A stretch of 64,000 bases of DNA from an uncultured Solirubrobacterales bacterium (GTDB lineage: Bacteria; Actinomycetota; Thermoleophilia; Solirubrobacterales; Solirubrobacteraceae), in assembly GCA_963706765.1 (NCBI GenBank), contig OY970168.1, positions 2,886,700 through 2,950,699 on the forward strand. Direction: 5' to 3'. The translations under genes were made by a program, and so were the position numbers. Within the stretch, counting starts at the first letter, position 1. Every line of letters starts with the position of its first letter. This document shows positions 19,407 through 28,750 of the stretch, one piece after another. The notes under the pieces are model-generated. The model was not told the origin of the DNA and did not search any database. It saw only the letters and a list, made by a program, of their open reading frames with translations.

Positions 19407-19901
19407 ATGACAGAGGCGTCGTACATCGTGCTCGGTCTGCTCTCGCAGGCTCAGTCCGCAACTCCCTACGAGCTCAAGCAGGTCGCGCAGCTGAGCACCA
19501 ACAACTTCTGGTCGGTGCCGCACACCCAGCTCTACAACGAGTGCGCCCGGCTCGCCGAGGAGGGACTGCTCGACGAGCATCGCGAGCAGACGGGCAGGCG
19601 CAGGCGAACCTACAGCCTGACCGAGCGCGGGCGCGAAGAGCTCGAGTCCTGGTGCAACGATCCCACGGGCGAGCTCTATGAACTGCGCGATGTCAGCACC
19701 CTGAAACTGTTCTTCGGCGGCGACCCCGCGACGATCGCGCCGCTGCAGCTTCAGGCGCACGAGCAGCGATTGGCCACCTACCAGCAGCTGAGCGCTCTGC
19801 TCCCCGACCTCCCCACCGGCCAGCGGCTCGCGCTCGAAGGCGGCATTGGGCACGAGCACGAGTTCATCCGTTTCTGGTCGCGTATGCGCGACGAGGGTTG
19901 A
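19407..19901 (+). CDS. PadR family transcriptional regulator
   Basis: YIVLGLL, YELKQ, QLYNECARL, RRTYSLTERGRE; divergent from the oxygenase. Confidence 0.9.
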   Translation: MTEASYIVLGLLSQAQSATPYELKQVAQLSTNNFWSVPHTQLYNECARLAEEGLLDEHREQTGRRRRTYSLTERGREELESWCNDPTGELYELRDVSTLKLFFGGDPATIAPLQLQAHEQRLATYQQLSALLPDLPTGQRLALEGGIGHEHEFIRFWSRMRDEG

Positions 19902-19906
19902 GCCCC

Positions 19907-20677
19907 TCAGCGAAACAGATCCTCGTCCAGCGGTCGCAGCAGAGCCAGCGCTCCGGGGCCATCCTCGGCGGTGACGAAGCGCTGCAGGCCCTCCACGACC
20001 ACGACGGGCTCGCGGGAGTCCTTGGCGCGCGCGAGATCGGCGCATGCGCAGGCTGCATCTGCGACCGCGAGCCAGGTCGCACGCAGGCGCAGGCCGACGG
20101 AGTCCTGGCGTCCGCGCCAGTCCTCGAGCGGGGTCATGCCGGCGCAGCCGACGGTCACGTCGCACTGGCCATGGCGCCATGCGCGGCCGAAGCTGTCGCT
20201 GATGAGCACCGCGACGGTCGCTCCCGTCATCTCGCGCAGGCGCGCGCGCAGGCGCCGCGCCGAGGCGTCGGGGTCGCGGGGGAGCGTCACGAGCGTGTCG
20301 GGGTCGGCGGCGTTGGAGGCGTCCACGCCGGCGTTCGCGCACACAAAGCCGTGGTGGGTCCGGCAGATCAGCACTTCCCGCGTCACGCGCATCAGCTCCT
20401 GTGTCTCGTCGAGCACCACCTGGATCGTGCGCGGGTCCTTGCTCTGCGCGCCCGCCAGCTCGCGCGCACGCTCGCTCGGTTGCACCTTCGCCAGCTCCAC
20501 CACTGCTCCCTCGGACTTCGAGACCGCCTTGTGCGCCACCACCACGACCTGCCCGTCGCTGAGCGCGGGTACGCCTGGGGTCTCGGTCGTCGAGGCCTCG
20601 AGGATCAGTCCCGCGAGATCGTCGCCGGGGCGTATCTCGGGGAGCCCTCCGAGGGCGCGTGCCGTGAGCGTGGGCAC
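19907..20677 (-). CDS. cofE: Coenzyme F420-0:gamma-glutamyl ligase (single domain)
   Basis: GLPEIRPGDDL, HKAVSKSEG, CANAGVDASN, SDSFGRAWRHG, DLFR C-terminus. Confidence 0.93.
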   Translation of the reverse strand: MPTLTARALGGLPEIRPGDDLAGLILEASTTETPGVPALSDGQVVVVAHKAVSKSEGAVVELAKVQPSERARELAGAQSKDPRTIQVVLDETQELMRVTREVLICRTHHGFVCANAGVDASNAADPDTLVTLPRDPDASARRLRARLREMTGATVAVLISDSFGRAWRHGQCDVTVGCAGMTPLEDWRGRQDSVGLRLRATWLAVADAACACADLARAKDSREPVVVVEGLQRFVTAEDGPGALALLRPLDEDLFR

Positions 20678-20691
20678 CGCGGGACTCGCGC

Positions 20692-21372
20692 TCAGGCGGG
20701 CGCCGAGAGAGAGGGTGCGGGACGCATCCCCAGCACCGCACGGGTGCGCGCGGCGGTGTCGTCCCGTCCGGACAGGCGCTCGCGCAGCGCAGCCAGGTCT
20801 TCGCCGGTGTCGATATCGAGCAGCAGCGAGGATGGGCGCGCGATCTGCCAGCTCACTCCCGCGGCCCGCGCAAGAGCAAGGTGGCGCTCGCAGCTGCCGG
20901 GTCCGAAGGCCGGCTCGATCGCATCCGGGGGCGCGAGCAGCAGGCCGTTGGTGCCGGTTCCGTGGCGGTCGGGCACGACCACGACCTGCGCGCTGTCCTG
21001 GTTGGCCTGCTCGGCCAGCAACGCCCGCAGCTCGGCCGGGTCGAGGGACGGGCAGTCGCCCGGAACGCACAGCACTCGCTCGAAGTCCTCGGCGAGAGCC
21101 CGCTGCACCCCCAGAGTGACCGCTGCCGACTGGCTGCTCTCGTCATGGTCCTCGACCAGCAGCGCCCCCGCGGCGCTCACCGCTGGGTGCAGTGACTGCT
21201 CGCAGGTGACGACGATCGTGCGCTCGATCGAGGGCACGCGCGCGAGCGCGAGCATCACGTCGGCCACCATCGCGCTGGCGAGCTCGAGGCGCAGGCGGTC
21301 CGCGACGGTCGCGCCCAGGCGCTGCTTGGCGCGCAGGAAGCGCTTGACTGGCAGGATCGCTGCGGTACGCAT
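20692..21372 (-). CDS. cofC: 2-phospho-L-lactate/PEP guanylyltransferase CofC (FbiD)
   Basis: ILPVKRFLRAKQRL, PDRHGTGTNGL, FGPGS, LDIDT. Confidence 0.92.
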   Translation of the reverse strand: MRTAAILPVKRFLRAKQRLGATVADRLRLELASAMVADVMLALARVPSIERTIVVTCEQSLHPAVSAAGALLVEDHDESSQSAAVTLGVQRALAEDFERVLCVPGDCPSLDPAELRALLAEQANQDSAQVVVVPDRHGTGTNGLLLAPPDAIEPAFGPGSCERHLALARAAGVSWQIARPSSLLLDIDTGEDLAALRERLSGRDDTAARTRAVLGMRPAPSLSAPA

Positions 21373-21520
21373 GCAGCGCAGACGATAGTGGCGCGACCGC
21401 GCCGCGCCGCAATGGCAACGATCGCGGGCGGGCTGGCGGCAGTTCTTAGCCAGTTCTTCGCGCGAGCGCCTGCCGATCTGATGCGATTTACGGCCGTCAT
21501 CGAGAAACGGGAGGCACCAA

Positions 21521-22249
21521 GTGAGCGCCAGCGAGCCAAGCACGAGCATCGAGTTGATAGGAGCCGGCCTGCCGCGCACCGGCACGCTGACCCAGAAGCT
21601 GGCGCTCGAAGAGCTGGGGCTGAGCCCCTGCTACCACTGGGTGAATGTGCTCGCGGACCTCGACGAGGTCGAGCTGTGGACGCGGGCGCTCGACGGCGAG
21701 GGGCCGTGGCAGGAGATCTTCGCCGGCCAGCGCTCGACCGTCGATTGGCCGGGGGGATACTTCTATCGCGAGCTGATGGACGTCTACCCCGACGCGAAGG
21801 TCCTGCTCAGCGTTCGCGACGGGCAGGCGTGGGAGCGCAGCTTCAGGGACACGATCTGGACGATGTGTCACGGCGAGAGCGCGATGCCGCTGCTCTCGCG
21901 CGCACGCGCGGACATCGATCCGCGCTGGCGCCGCTATCTGGATCTCGTCGACCGGATGTTCTGGGGCCCGCAGGGGACTTTCGCGGCCGGGCACGCCGAG
22001 CCCGAGCAGCTGATCGAGCAGATGGAGCGCCACAACGAGCAGGTCAAGCAAGCCGTGCCCAGCGAGCGGCTGCTGGTGTGGAACGTCTCCGAAGGCTGGG
22101 AGCCGCTGTGTGAGTTCCTCGAGCTCGATGTTCCCGACGGGCCGCTTCCCCATGCGAACGACCGCGACTCGTTCGTCGGGCGTGTGATCGACGCCTCGCT
22201 GGAGGCGTTGCGGGCGTGGCGCGAGGAGGCGGTTCCCGCGGCGGGCTGA
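21521..22249 (+). CDS. Sulfotransferase-family protein (P-loop, Sulfotransfer_4-like)
   Basis: LIGAGLPRTGT, CYHW, VDWP, GWEPLCEFL, PHAND. Confidence 0.88.
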   Translation: MSASEPSTSIELIGAGLPRTGTLTQKLALEELGLSPCYHWVNVLADLDEVELWTRALDGEGPWQEIFAGQRSTVDWPGGYFYRELMDVYPDAKVLLSVRDGQAWERSFRDTIWTMCHGESAMPLLSRARADIDPRWRRYLDLVDRMFWGPQGTFAAGHAEPEQLIEQMERHNEQVKQAVPSERLLVWNVSEGWEPLCEFLELDVPDGPLPHANDRDSFVGRVIDASLEALRAWREEAVPAAG

Positions 22250-22268
22250 TCGCGATGCGCGCTCGCGC

Positions 22269-23195
22269 TCAGGCCGCCAATGCGCTCGCGAAGGCGAGCG
22301 TCTGCTCAGCCACGCGAGCGCGCCGCGAGGGGTCGTCCATCAGCGTGTCGAGCTGCAGGGAGGGCAGCCCCGCGGGGGCCTCGTCGGCGACGATGCCATC
22401 GAGCAGCTCTCCGTAGAAGGAGGCGATCCCGGCTGCGCTGCAGTCGAGCGCTGCGAATGCCATGAACGCCTCGGTCGGGCCCTTCAGGACCTCCCCGCCC
22501 ACGATCGGGCTGACCGCCACGACCGGCGCGGGCGCGGAGGCGAGCGCCTCGCGCATTCCGGGCACCGCGAGAATCGGGGCGATCGAGGCGAGCGGGTTCG
22601 AGGGGCCGATCACGATCGCGCGCGCGTGGGCGATCGCCGCGAGCGCATCGACGCTTGCGCGCGCCTGCTCGGCGCCGCGGAACTCGAGCCCCTCGATGAT
22701 CCCGCTCGCGCGCTGGCGGATCATGAACTCCTGAAAGGGACACCAGCCCGAGCCCGTGCGCACCCACGTGCGGACGGGATCGTCGCTCATCGGCAGCACG
22801 CGAGCGCGCACCCCGATCCGCTCGTTCAGGTGCGCCAGCGCCTCGGTGGGAGTGAACGAGGAACCGGCGTCGCCGGCGAGCATCCGGGCGCGCTCCAAAC
22901 ACCACGCGAGGTCGCGGTCGCCGAGGTTGAACCACACGTCGACTCCGAGCTCGCGCATCGCATCCATCACGCCGAAGCTGTCCCCGCGCAGGCCCCAGCC
23001 GCGCTCGTCGATCAGGTCGGCGAGCCAGAATGACACGAGGTCGGGGTCCGGCGAGACGTGGGCTCCGTAGATCTCGATGTCATCGCCGGTGTTCGCGATC
23101 ACCGCGAGCCGGCTGGGCTCGATCACGTCGGCGAATCCGCGCGCCAGCTTGGCGCCGCCGGTGCCGCCCGCAAGAACGACGACCTCGCTGTCCAT
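22269..23195 (-). CDS. cofD: 2-phospho-L-lactate transferase CofD (FbiA)
   Basis: LAGGTGGAKL, ANTGDD, SPDPD, WFNLGDRD, GPSNP. Confidence 0.94.
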   Translation of the reverse strand: MDSEVVVLAGGTGGAKLARGFADVIEPSRLAVIANTGDDIEIYGAHVSPDPDLVSFWLADLIDERGWGLRGDSFGVMDAMRELGVDVWFNLGDRDLAWCLERARMLAGDAGSSFTPTEALAHLNERIGVRARVLPMSDDPVRTWVRTGSGWCPFQEFMIRQRASGIIEGLEFRGAEQARASVDALAAIAHARAIVIGPSNPLASIAPILAVPGMREALASAPAPVVAVSPIVGGEVLKGPTEAFMAFAALDCSAAGIASFYGELLDGIVADEAPAGLPSLQLDTLMDDPSRRARVAEQTLAFASALAA

Positions 23196-23890
23196 CACTC
23201 CCAGATTACGTCGGGCAGGCCCGTCAGGCGGATCCCGGCGTGGGCCTTGTGCCGTGCGTTGACCCCGATCAGCAATGCGGTCAGCGACTCCGTGATGCGC
23301 GAGGTCTCGAGCCGCCCGCAATCGACGCAGCGCAGGCCCTCGATCCGCTCGATCAGGCGCGCTGCCTCGCGCTTGTCGGCGCGATCGTCGCCGCATACGA
23401 GCACGTCCTCCGCAAGCTCGACCCGCAGATCGCTCAGCTTGGCGGCGCCGACGGTGTGCAGGGCCGAGACGACGCGCACGCCCTCCGGCGCCATCTCGCG
23501 GGCCTGCTGCGCGGCTGAGCCCTGCCACACGCCGAGCATCCGCGTCGCCTTGCCGCTCACCGCCGCGGCGAGCGGAACCGTCGCGTCGATCAGCAGCTGT
23601 CCGGGGCGCAGCGCGCCCTTGAGGTTGGTCAGCATCTCGGACTGGTTGCGAAACGGCACGCTCAGGATCACGATCTCAGCGCCGTCGACCGCCTCCGCGT
23701 TCTCATGCGCCGAGAACGTGCCCTTCGGCACCGCTGCGCTGGCGCGAGCGAGCGTCTCGCGGGCGCGCTCGCCGTCGCGCGAGCCGATCGCGATCGCGAC
23801 ACCCGCGTGGGCCAGGCGGACCGACAGCCCGAAGCCGAGCGATCCCGAGGCGCCGACGACGGCGACGGGCGTGGTGGGGGAGGGCGTCAC
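23195..23890 (-). CDS. npdG: NADPH-dependent F420 reductase
   Basis: VVGASGSLGFGL, AIGSRD, IDATVPL, VSALHTV. Confidence 0.9.
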   Translation of the reverse strand: MTPSPTTPVAVVGASGSLGFGLSVRLAHAGVAIAIGSRDGERARETLARASAAVPKGTFSAHENAEAVDGAEIVILSVPFRNQSEMLTNLKGALRPGQLLIDATVPLAAAVSGKATRMLGVWQGSAAQQAREMAPEGVRVVSALHTVGAAKLSDLRVELAEDVLVCGDDRADKREAARLIERIEGLRCVDCGRLETSRITESLTALLIGVNARHKAHAGIRLTGLPDVIWE

Positions 23891-23907
23891 GGCGGCCGAG
23901 TATATGG

Positions 23908-23999
23908 TCCGGCTCGTCCGCGCCCGGTCGTCCGGCTCGTCCGCGCCCGGTCGTCCGGCTCGTCCGCGCCCGGTCGTCCGGCTCGTCCGCGCCCGGTCG
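23908..23999. repeat. Tandem repeat, 23-bp unit TCCGGCTCGTCCGCGCCCGGTCG x4
   Basis: Four exact copies in the divergent npdG / HMG-CoA lyase intergenic region. Confidence 0.95.
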
Positions 24000-24041
24000 A
24001 TGCTCCTGGACCCCGGTGGGGCTCGGGGTACGCTTGAGGCG

Positions 24042-24995
24042 ATGACGCTGCCCAGGATCGCGAGGATCAGGGAGGTCGGGCCCCGGGACGGGTTCCAGAA
24101 CGAGCCCGAGACGATCCCGACGGAGCGCAAGGTCGAGCTGATCGACGCGCTCGCGCGCACCGGGCTCAGGCGCCTGGAGGTCACGAGCTTCGTGCGCGCG
24201 GATGTGATCCCCCAGCTCGCAGACGCCGAGCAGGTGCTCGCGCAGGTCGAAGTGCCGCCCGAGGTCTCGCTGAGTGTGCTGATCCCGAATGAGCGCGGGC
24301 TCGACAGGGCGCTCGAGCTGCGCGAGGCGCTCGCCGCCGAGTCGGGGCGGCGCCCCGCGTTCGATGAGGTGAACGTCTTCCTGTCGGCCTCCGAGACCCA
24401 CAATCGCCACAACGTCAACCGCTCGGTCGCCGACTCGCTGGCGGGCTGCGAGCGGGTTCTGCAGCGGGGCCAGGAGGCGGGGCTGCGCTGCGAGGGCGTC
24501 ATCTCGACGTCTTTCGGCTGCCCCTATGAGGGGCACGTGCCAGCGGAGCGAGTTCTCGAGATCGCGTCCGCGCTGCACCAGGCGGGGGCGCAGGAGGTCG
24601 GGTTCGGCGACACCACCGGGATGGCCAACCCGCGCCAGGTGGCGGAGCGCTTCGCACTCTGGGGTCGTGAGCTGCCGGGCGTCGAGCTGACAGCGCACTT
24701 CCACAACACTCGCGGCCAGGGGCTCGCCAACGTGCTCGCGGCGCTCGAGGCGGGCGTCGACAGCTTCGAGTCGAGCTTCGGCGAGCTTGGCGGCTGTCCG
24801 GTTCCCGCGGGCGCGACGGGCAACATCGCCAGCGAGGACCTGGTCTCGATGCTGCACGAGATGGACATCGAGACCGGCATCGACCTGCCGGCGCTGCTCG
24901 AGTGCTCCCGGCGCGTACAGGAGATCCTCGGACGCACGCTCGGCAGCCACACACTCGTGGCGGGACCGGTGCGGTGGGGCGGCCCGGCGAGCTGA
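24042..24995 (+). CDS. hmgL: Hydroxymethylglutaryl-CoA lyase
   Basis: EVGPRDGFQNE, FGCPYEG, HFHNTRGQGLAN, GELGGCP. Confidence 0.92.
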   Translation: MTLPRIARIREVGPRDGFQNEPETIPTERKVELIDALARTGLRRLEVTSFVRADVIPQLADAEQVLAQVEVPPEVSLSVLIPNERGLDRALELREALAAESGRRPAFDEVNVFLSASETHNRHNVNRSVADSLAGCERVLQRGQEAGLRCEGVISTSFGCPYEGHVPAERVLEIASALHQAGAQEVGFGDTTGMANPRQVAERFALWGRELPGVELTAHFHNTRGQGLANVLAALEAGVDSFESSFGELGGCPVPAGATGNIASEDLVSMLHEMDIETGIDLPALLECSRRVQEILGRTLGSHTLVAGPVRWGGPAS

Positions 24996-26413
24996 GCGCC
25001 GGCGCTCGCGCGAGCGCCCCCAAGGAACGGCCGCGCGCCTCGATCGCCCGCGAGCTGGAACGAATCGTGGGCGCCGAGCATCTGCTCAGTGGGCGCGATG
25101 CGGCTGCATATGAGACGGACGCCACGGCCTCGCGCGGGCTGCGCGGAGTCCCCGACGCGGTGGTGCTGCCCTCCGACGCCGATCAGGTCGCGGAGGTGCT
25201 CGGGTTCTGCTGCGAGCATGGGATCGCGCTCGTGCCGCGCGGCGGGGGCAGCGGCCTGGCGGGAGGCGCCGTGCCCGTCGGCGGCGGGGTCGTCGTCGGG
25301 CTCGAGCGTTTGCGAGCGGTGCACGAGCTGGTCCCCGAGGACTGGCGCCTGCGCGTCGGCGCGGGCGTGAGCACGGCCACCGTACGACGCCTCGCGCGTG
25401 AGAACGGACTGTTCTTCGGCCCCGACCCCGGCGCCCCCGAGCAGTCGCAGATCGGCGGCAACGTCGCCACCAACGCGGGCGGCCCGCATGCCTTCAAGTA
25501 CGGCAGCACCGGCGCCTGGGTGAGCGGTCTCGAGCTGGTCCTGGCGCCCGGGGAGGTCGTCTCGGTCGGCGGCGAGCTGCGCCGCGACGTCGGCGGCTAT
25601 GACGTCAAGAGCCTGTTCGTCGGCTCGGAGGGGACGCTCGGGATCGTCACCGCGGTCACGTTGAGGCTGCTGCCAGCGCCGCAGGCGACGTTCCCGCTGG
25701 TGGCGTTCATGGCCTCGCTCGAGCAGGGCATGCAGGCGGTCGTCGACGTTCTCGCCTCGGGCCTGCGCCCGACAGCGCTCGACTACCTCGACGGGGGCAC
25801 CCTGCAGATCGTCGCCCGCGGCTATCCGGGCAGCGTGCCCCCCGGGGCGCAGTTCGTGCTGCTTTGCGAGGTCGACGGCAGTCGCGAGGAGGCGCTGCGC
25901 GAGCTCGCGGAGCTGCGCGAGCTGCTGAGCGACGGTGCGCTCGCCATCGACGAGCCGCCGGCAACCGAGCTGTGGCGCTGGCGCGAGGGGGTCAGCGGCA
26001 CTGTCGTGGGCGCGCGCGGCGGCAAGGTCGCCGAGGACATCGTCGTGCCGGTCGCTGCGCTGACACAGGCCGCGCACAGGATCGAGGCGCTCGGGCGCGA
26101 GCTGGGGCTGCCGGCGTGCAGCTGGGGACATGCGGGCGACGGCAACGTACACGCGAACCTGCTGATCGATCCCCGCGATCCGCGCGAGCTCGAGCTGGCA
26201 AACGGCGCCGCCCCGCGCCTGTTCGACATCGCGATCGAGCTCGGCGGCGCAGTCACCGGCGAGCACGGCATCGGCTATCTCAAGCGCGGTGCCCTCGCGA
26301 GGCAGTGGACCCCACAGGCGATCGCGCTGCATGAGCGCATCAAGCGCACCTTCGACCCCACGGGCGTGCTGAACCCCGGCAAGAAGCTCGCTCGCATCGC
26401 CGTGCCCGCCTGA
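24992..26413 (+). CDS. FAD-binding oxidoreductase (GlcD / D-lactate dehydrogenase family); start uncertain
   Basis: PRGGGSGLAGG, GGNVATNAGG, GSEGTLG, HAGDGNVH, GEHGIG, NPGK. Confidence 0.92.
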   Translation: MSAGARASAPKERPRASIARELERIVGAEHLLSGRDAAAYETDATASRGLRGVPDAVVLPSDADQVAEVLGFCCEHGIALVPRGGGSGLAGGAVPVGGGVVVGLERLRAVHELVPEDWRLRVGAGVSTATVRRLARENGLFFGPDPGAPEQSQIGGNVATNAGGPHAFKYGSTGAWVSGLELVLAPGEVVSVGGELRRDVGGYDVKSLFVGSEGTLGIVTAVTLRLLPAPQATFPLVAFMASLEQGMQAVVDVLASGLRPTALDYLDGGTLQIVARGYPGSVPPGAQFVLLCEVDGSREEALRELAELRELLSDGALAIDEPPATELWRWREGVSGTVVGARGGKVAEDIVVPVAALTQAAHRIEALGRELGLPACSWGHAGDGNVHANLLIDPRDPRELELANGAAPRLFDIAIELGGAVTGEHGIGYLKRGALARQWTPQAIALHERIKRTFDPTGVLNPGKKLARIAVPA

Positions 26414-26446
26414 GCTCTGTTTGTGCCGGTGGCGCGCGCCCTGCTG

Positions 26447-27250
26447 TCAGCCGGCGACCGGCTGAGCGGGCGCGTCGCCGGTCCCGGCAGAGGCATCGTC
26501 CGCGGCGCTCTGCGCCTCGGCGGCGGCGTTTCGCATCGAGGAGATGCAGAACTCCTGCACCGCAACCTCGAGCTCGAGCGTCTGTGCGAGCGTCGGCCGC
26601 GCTGAGGCGTCCATCACCCGCTTCGAGCGGCCGACCGCGATGTGCGAGTTGGCGAGCAGTTCGTCGACGAGCGTCTGGGTGGCCTCATGCAGCTCGGCCG
26701 GCTCGACGACGCGGTTCACGAGGCCGATGCGCTCGGCCTCGGCGGCGTCGATCAGTCGCGCGGTCATGATCAGCTCCTTCGCGCGCCCGAGACCGACGAC
26801 GGCCGGCAGCCGGCTCGAGCCGCCGACGTCGGGGATGATCCCGAAACGCACCTCCGGCAGTCCGAGCTGCGAGTCGCTCGAGGCGATGCGCAGGTCGCAG
26901 CCGAGCGCCACCTCCAGAGCGCCGCCCACGCATGTGCGGTGAATCTGGCAGATCACCGGCTTGGGCATCGTTTCGCACAGGTTCGCGCACTCCAGGTAGG
27001 TGTTGCGAAACGGCCGCAGCACTCCCGGCGCAGCGGCGGAGGACATCAGCTCGACGAGGTCCACCCCGGCCGAGAAGACCGGGCCCTCGCCACGCAGGAC
27101 CACGCAGTGCACCGACTCCTCGTCGGCTGCGGCGCCGAGTGCCGCGCCCAGCTCCCGCAGCAGCTGCTGGCTCATCGCGTTGCGCTTCTCGGGACGGTTC
27201 AGCACCAGATGCCTGACCGCTCCGCGATCCTCAATGATGATCATGCTCAT
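26447..27250 (-). CDS. Enoyl-CoA hydratase/isomerase family protein
   Basis: LNRPEKRNA, FSAGVDL, GGALE, GLPEVRFG. Confidence 0.93.
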   Translation of the reverse strand: MSMIIIEDRGAVRHLVLNRPEKRNAMSQQLLRELGAALGAAADEESVHCVVLRGEGPVFSAGVDLVELMSSAAAPGVLRPFRNTYLECANLCETMPKPVICQIHRTCVGGALEVALGCDLRIASSDSQLGLPEVRFGIIPDVGGSSRLPAVVGLGRAKELIMTARLIDAAEAERIGLVNRVVEPAELHEATQTLVDELLANSHIAVGRSKRVMDASARPTLAQTLELEVAVQEFCISSMRNAAAEAQSAADDASAGTGDAPAQPVAG

Positions 27251-27411
27251 GGCGGCTCCTGACGCTCGTTGATCGCGGGCCCGCAGGCGCCCGCCGTCTC
27301 AGGCTACACCGCCATCTCCTGCACGGGCGCGTCGCGGTGTTGGGTCGCTCGGGCTGGCCCCACCTCTACGGGTGAGGCCAGCGAGAGCGCCTGGCCGGAG
27401 CGTGGACTTGC

Positions 27412-28608
27412 TCAGTGCAGGAGGTCGAGGGCGTTTTCGGTGTCGTTGACGAAGTAGATGCCCTTGGACGTCGGCGTGACGACGAGGCCGAACAGGCCAC
27501 CTTCTTCGGCGCCGGTGTCGGCCGGCTGGAACTGTGACCCGGCGGGCGTCGTCTCGACGATGTTCCCGTCGCCCGCGTTGGCGGTGAGAATGTCGCCGTT
27601 CGGCGCGAACGTCATCCCGAGTGGGCTGTTGAGGAAGCCGCCTTGGGTCACCGTCTTTCCGGGCTCCTGCAGCGGCATCCTGCGGTGCAGCGCGTTGGGC
27701 ACCGCAGCGATGCGGTTGCCCTGTGTGTCAGCGACGTACAGGACGCCGTCCGATCCGAGCGCCACTCCGGTGGGGCCAACCACCAGCGCCGCTTCGTCCG
27801 TGCGCTCCGGGAACCCTTCGGCGATGACGGTCGGCGTCCCGACTTTTGGCAGGTGCCCCGGGCGGACGCTCAGGCGTATGCGCACCACCGTGCCCTCGTC
27901 GACCGGAGTTTCGCCCGATTCGACTGTGCCGTTGAGGACGTTGGTGACGAACAGGGTCGTGCTTTTTCCCTGCGACACCGACGTCATGTCCCAGGGGCCG
28001 TTTATCGGCGTCCCGGAGATCGTCTCGACCGGCCTGCCGCTGCTGTCGAGGACGATCAGGCATCCCGCCTGCGCCGTTTCCGCGGAGCCGTTCGTCGTCG
28101 GCAGGCTGCCAACCACGACATAGCCCTGTGGAAGCAGCGCCAGCGCAGTCGTCAGGCCGAGCCCGCCCGGGCAGGGACCTGGCAGCGTCGCGGGATCGAG
28201 TTCCGCGAACAGGGACGTGTGCCCGGAGGGCGAGATCTGCACGATCGTGGTGCCCGTGCCCTGTTCGTTCTCCTTGTTGTTGAAGTTGCTGACGAGGATG
28301 TCGCCGGCCACCAGCGAACCGCTGGTCGTCGACACGTTGACGATGCCGTAGGGGTTCAAGTCACCGTTGGCGGGCACGGTAGTGCCGACTTCCGTGACCT
28401 TGGTCAGGGATTCGAGAAACGGTTTTTCGCTCGCCAGCGCCGTGCTTGGCGCGATCGCGGCGAAAACAAGCAATCCTGCGAGCACTCCCAGGTAGCGTGC
28501 TCGCGCGCTCCAACGGAGCCTCGTTCGGGGATCGTGGGTATGACCCGCGGCGGCCGGCCGACGCTGCACCAGCGGCGTGGTCGCGGGGCGCTGAATGAGG
28601 TCTGACAT
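27412..28608 (-). CDS. Secreted NHL-like beta-propeller hypothetical protein
   Basis: GGAGG RBS; signal-peptide-like LGVLAGLLVFAAIAPSTALA; repeated NPYG/GPWD/GPTG/SPLG blade motifs; LYVADT. Confidence 0.7.
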   Translation of the reverse strand: MSDLIQRPATTPLVQRRPAAAGHTHDPRTRLRWSARARYLGVLAGLLVFAAIAPSTALASEKPFLESLTKVTEVGTTVPANGDLNPYGIVNVSTTSGSLVAGDILVSNFNNKENEQGTGTTIVQISPSGHTSLFAELDPATLPGPCPGGLGLTTALALLPQGYVVVGSLPTTNGSAETAQAGCLIVLDSSGRPVETISGTPINGPWDMTSVSQGKSTTLFVTNVLNGTVESGETPVDEGTVVRIRLSVRPGHLPKVGTPTVIAEGFPERTDEAALVVGPTGVALGSDGVLYVADTQGNRIAAVPNALHRRMPLQEPGKTVTQGGFLNSPLGMTFAPNGDILTANAGDGNIVETTPAGSQFQPADTGAEEGGLFGLVVTPTSKGIYFVNDTENALDLLH

Positions 28609-28750
28609 TGCTGCGCCTCCACTCTGTGTTGCCTTCGCGATGCCCTACGGGTTGCCAAACTCCGCGAACGGCGAAAACTTCCCGAGGCGCTCGCGATTGT
28701 TGGTGCGTATAGGCTCCGGTGCGCAAAACGCGAGCGACAGCGGAGGACAA

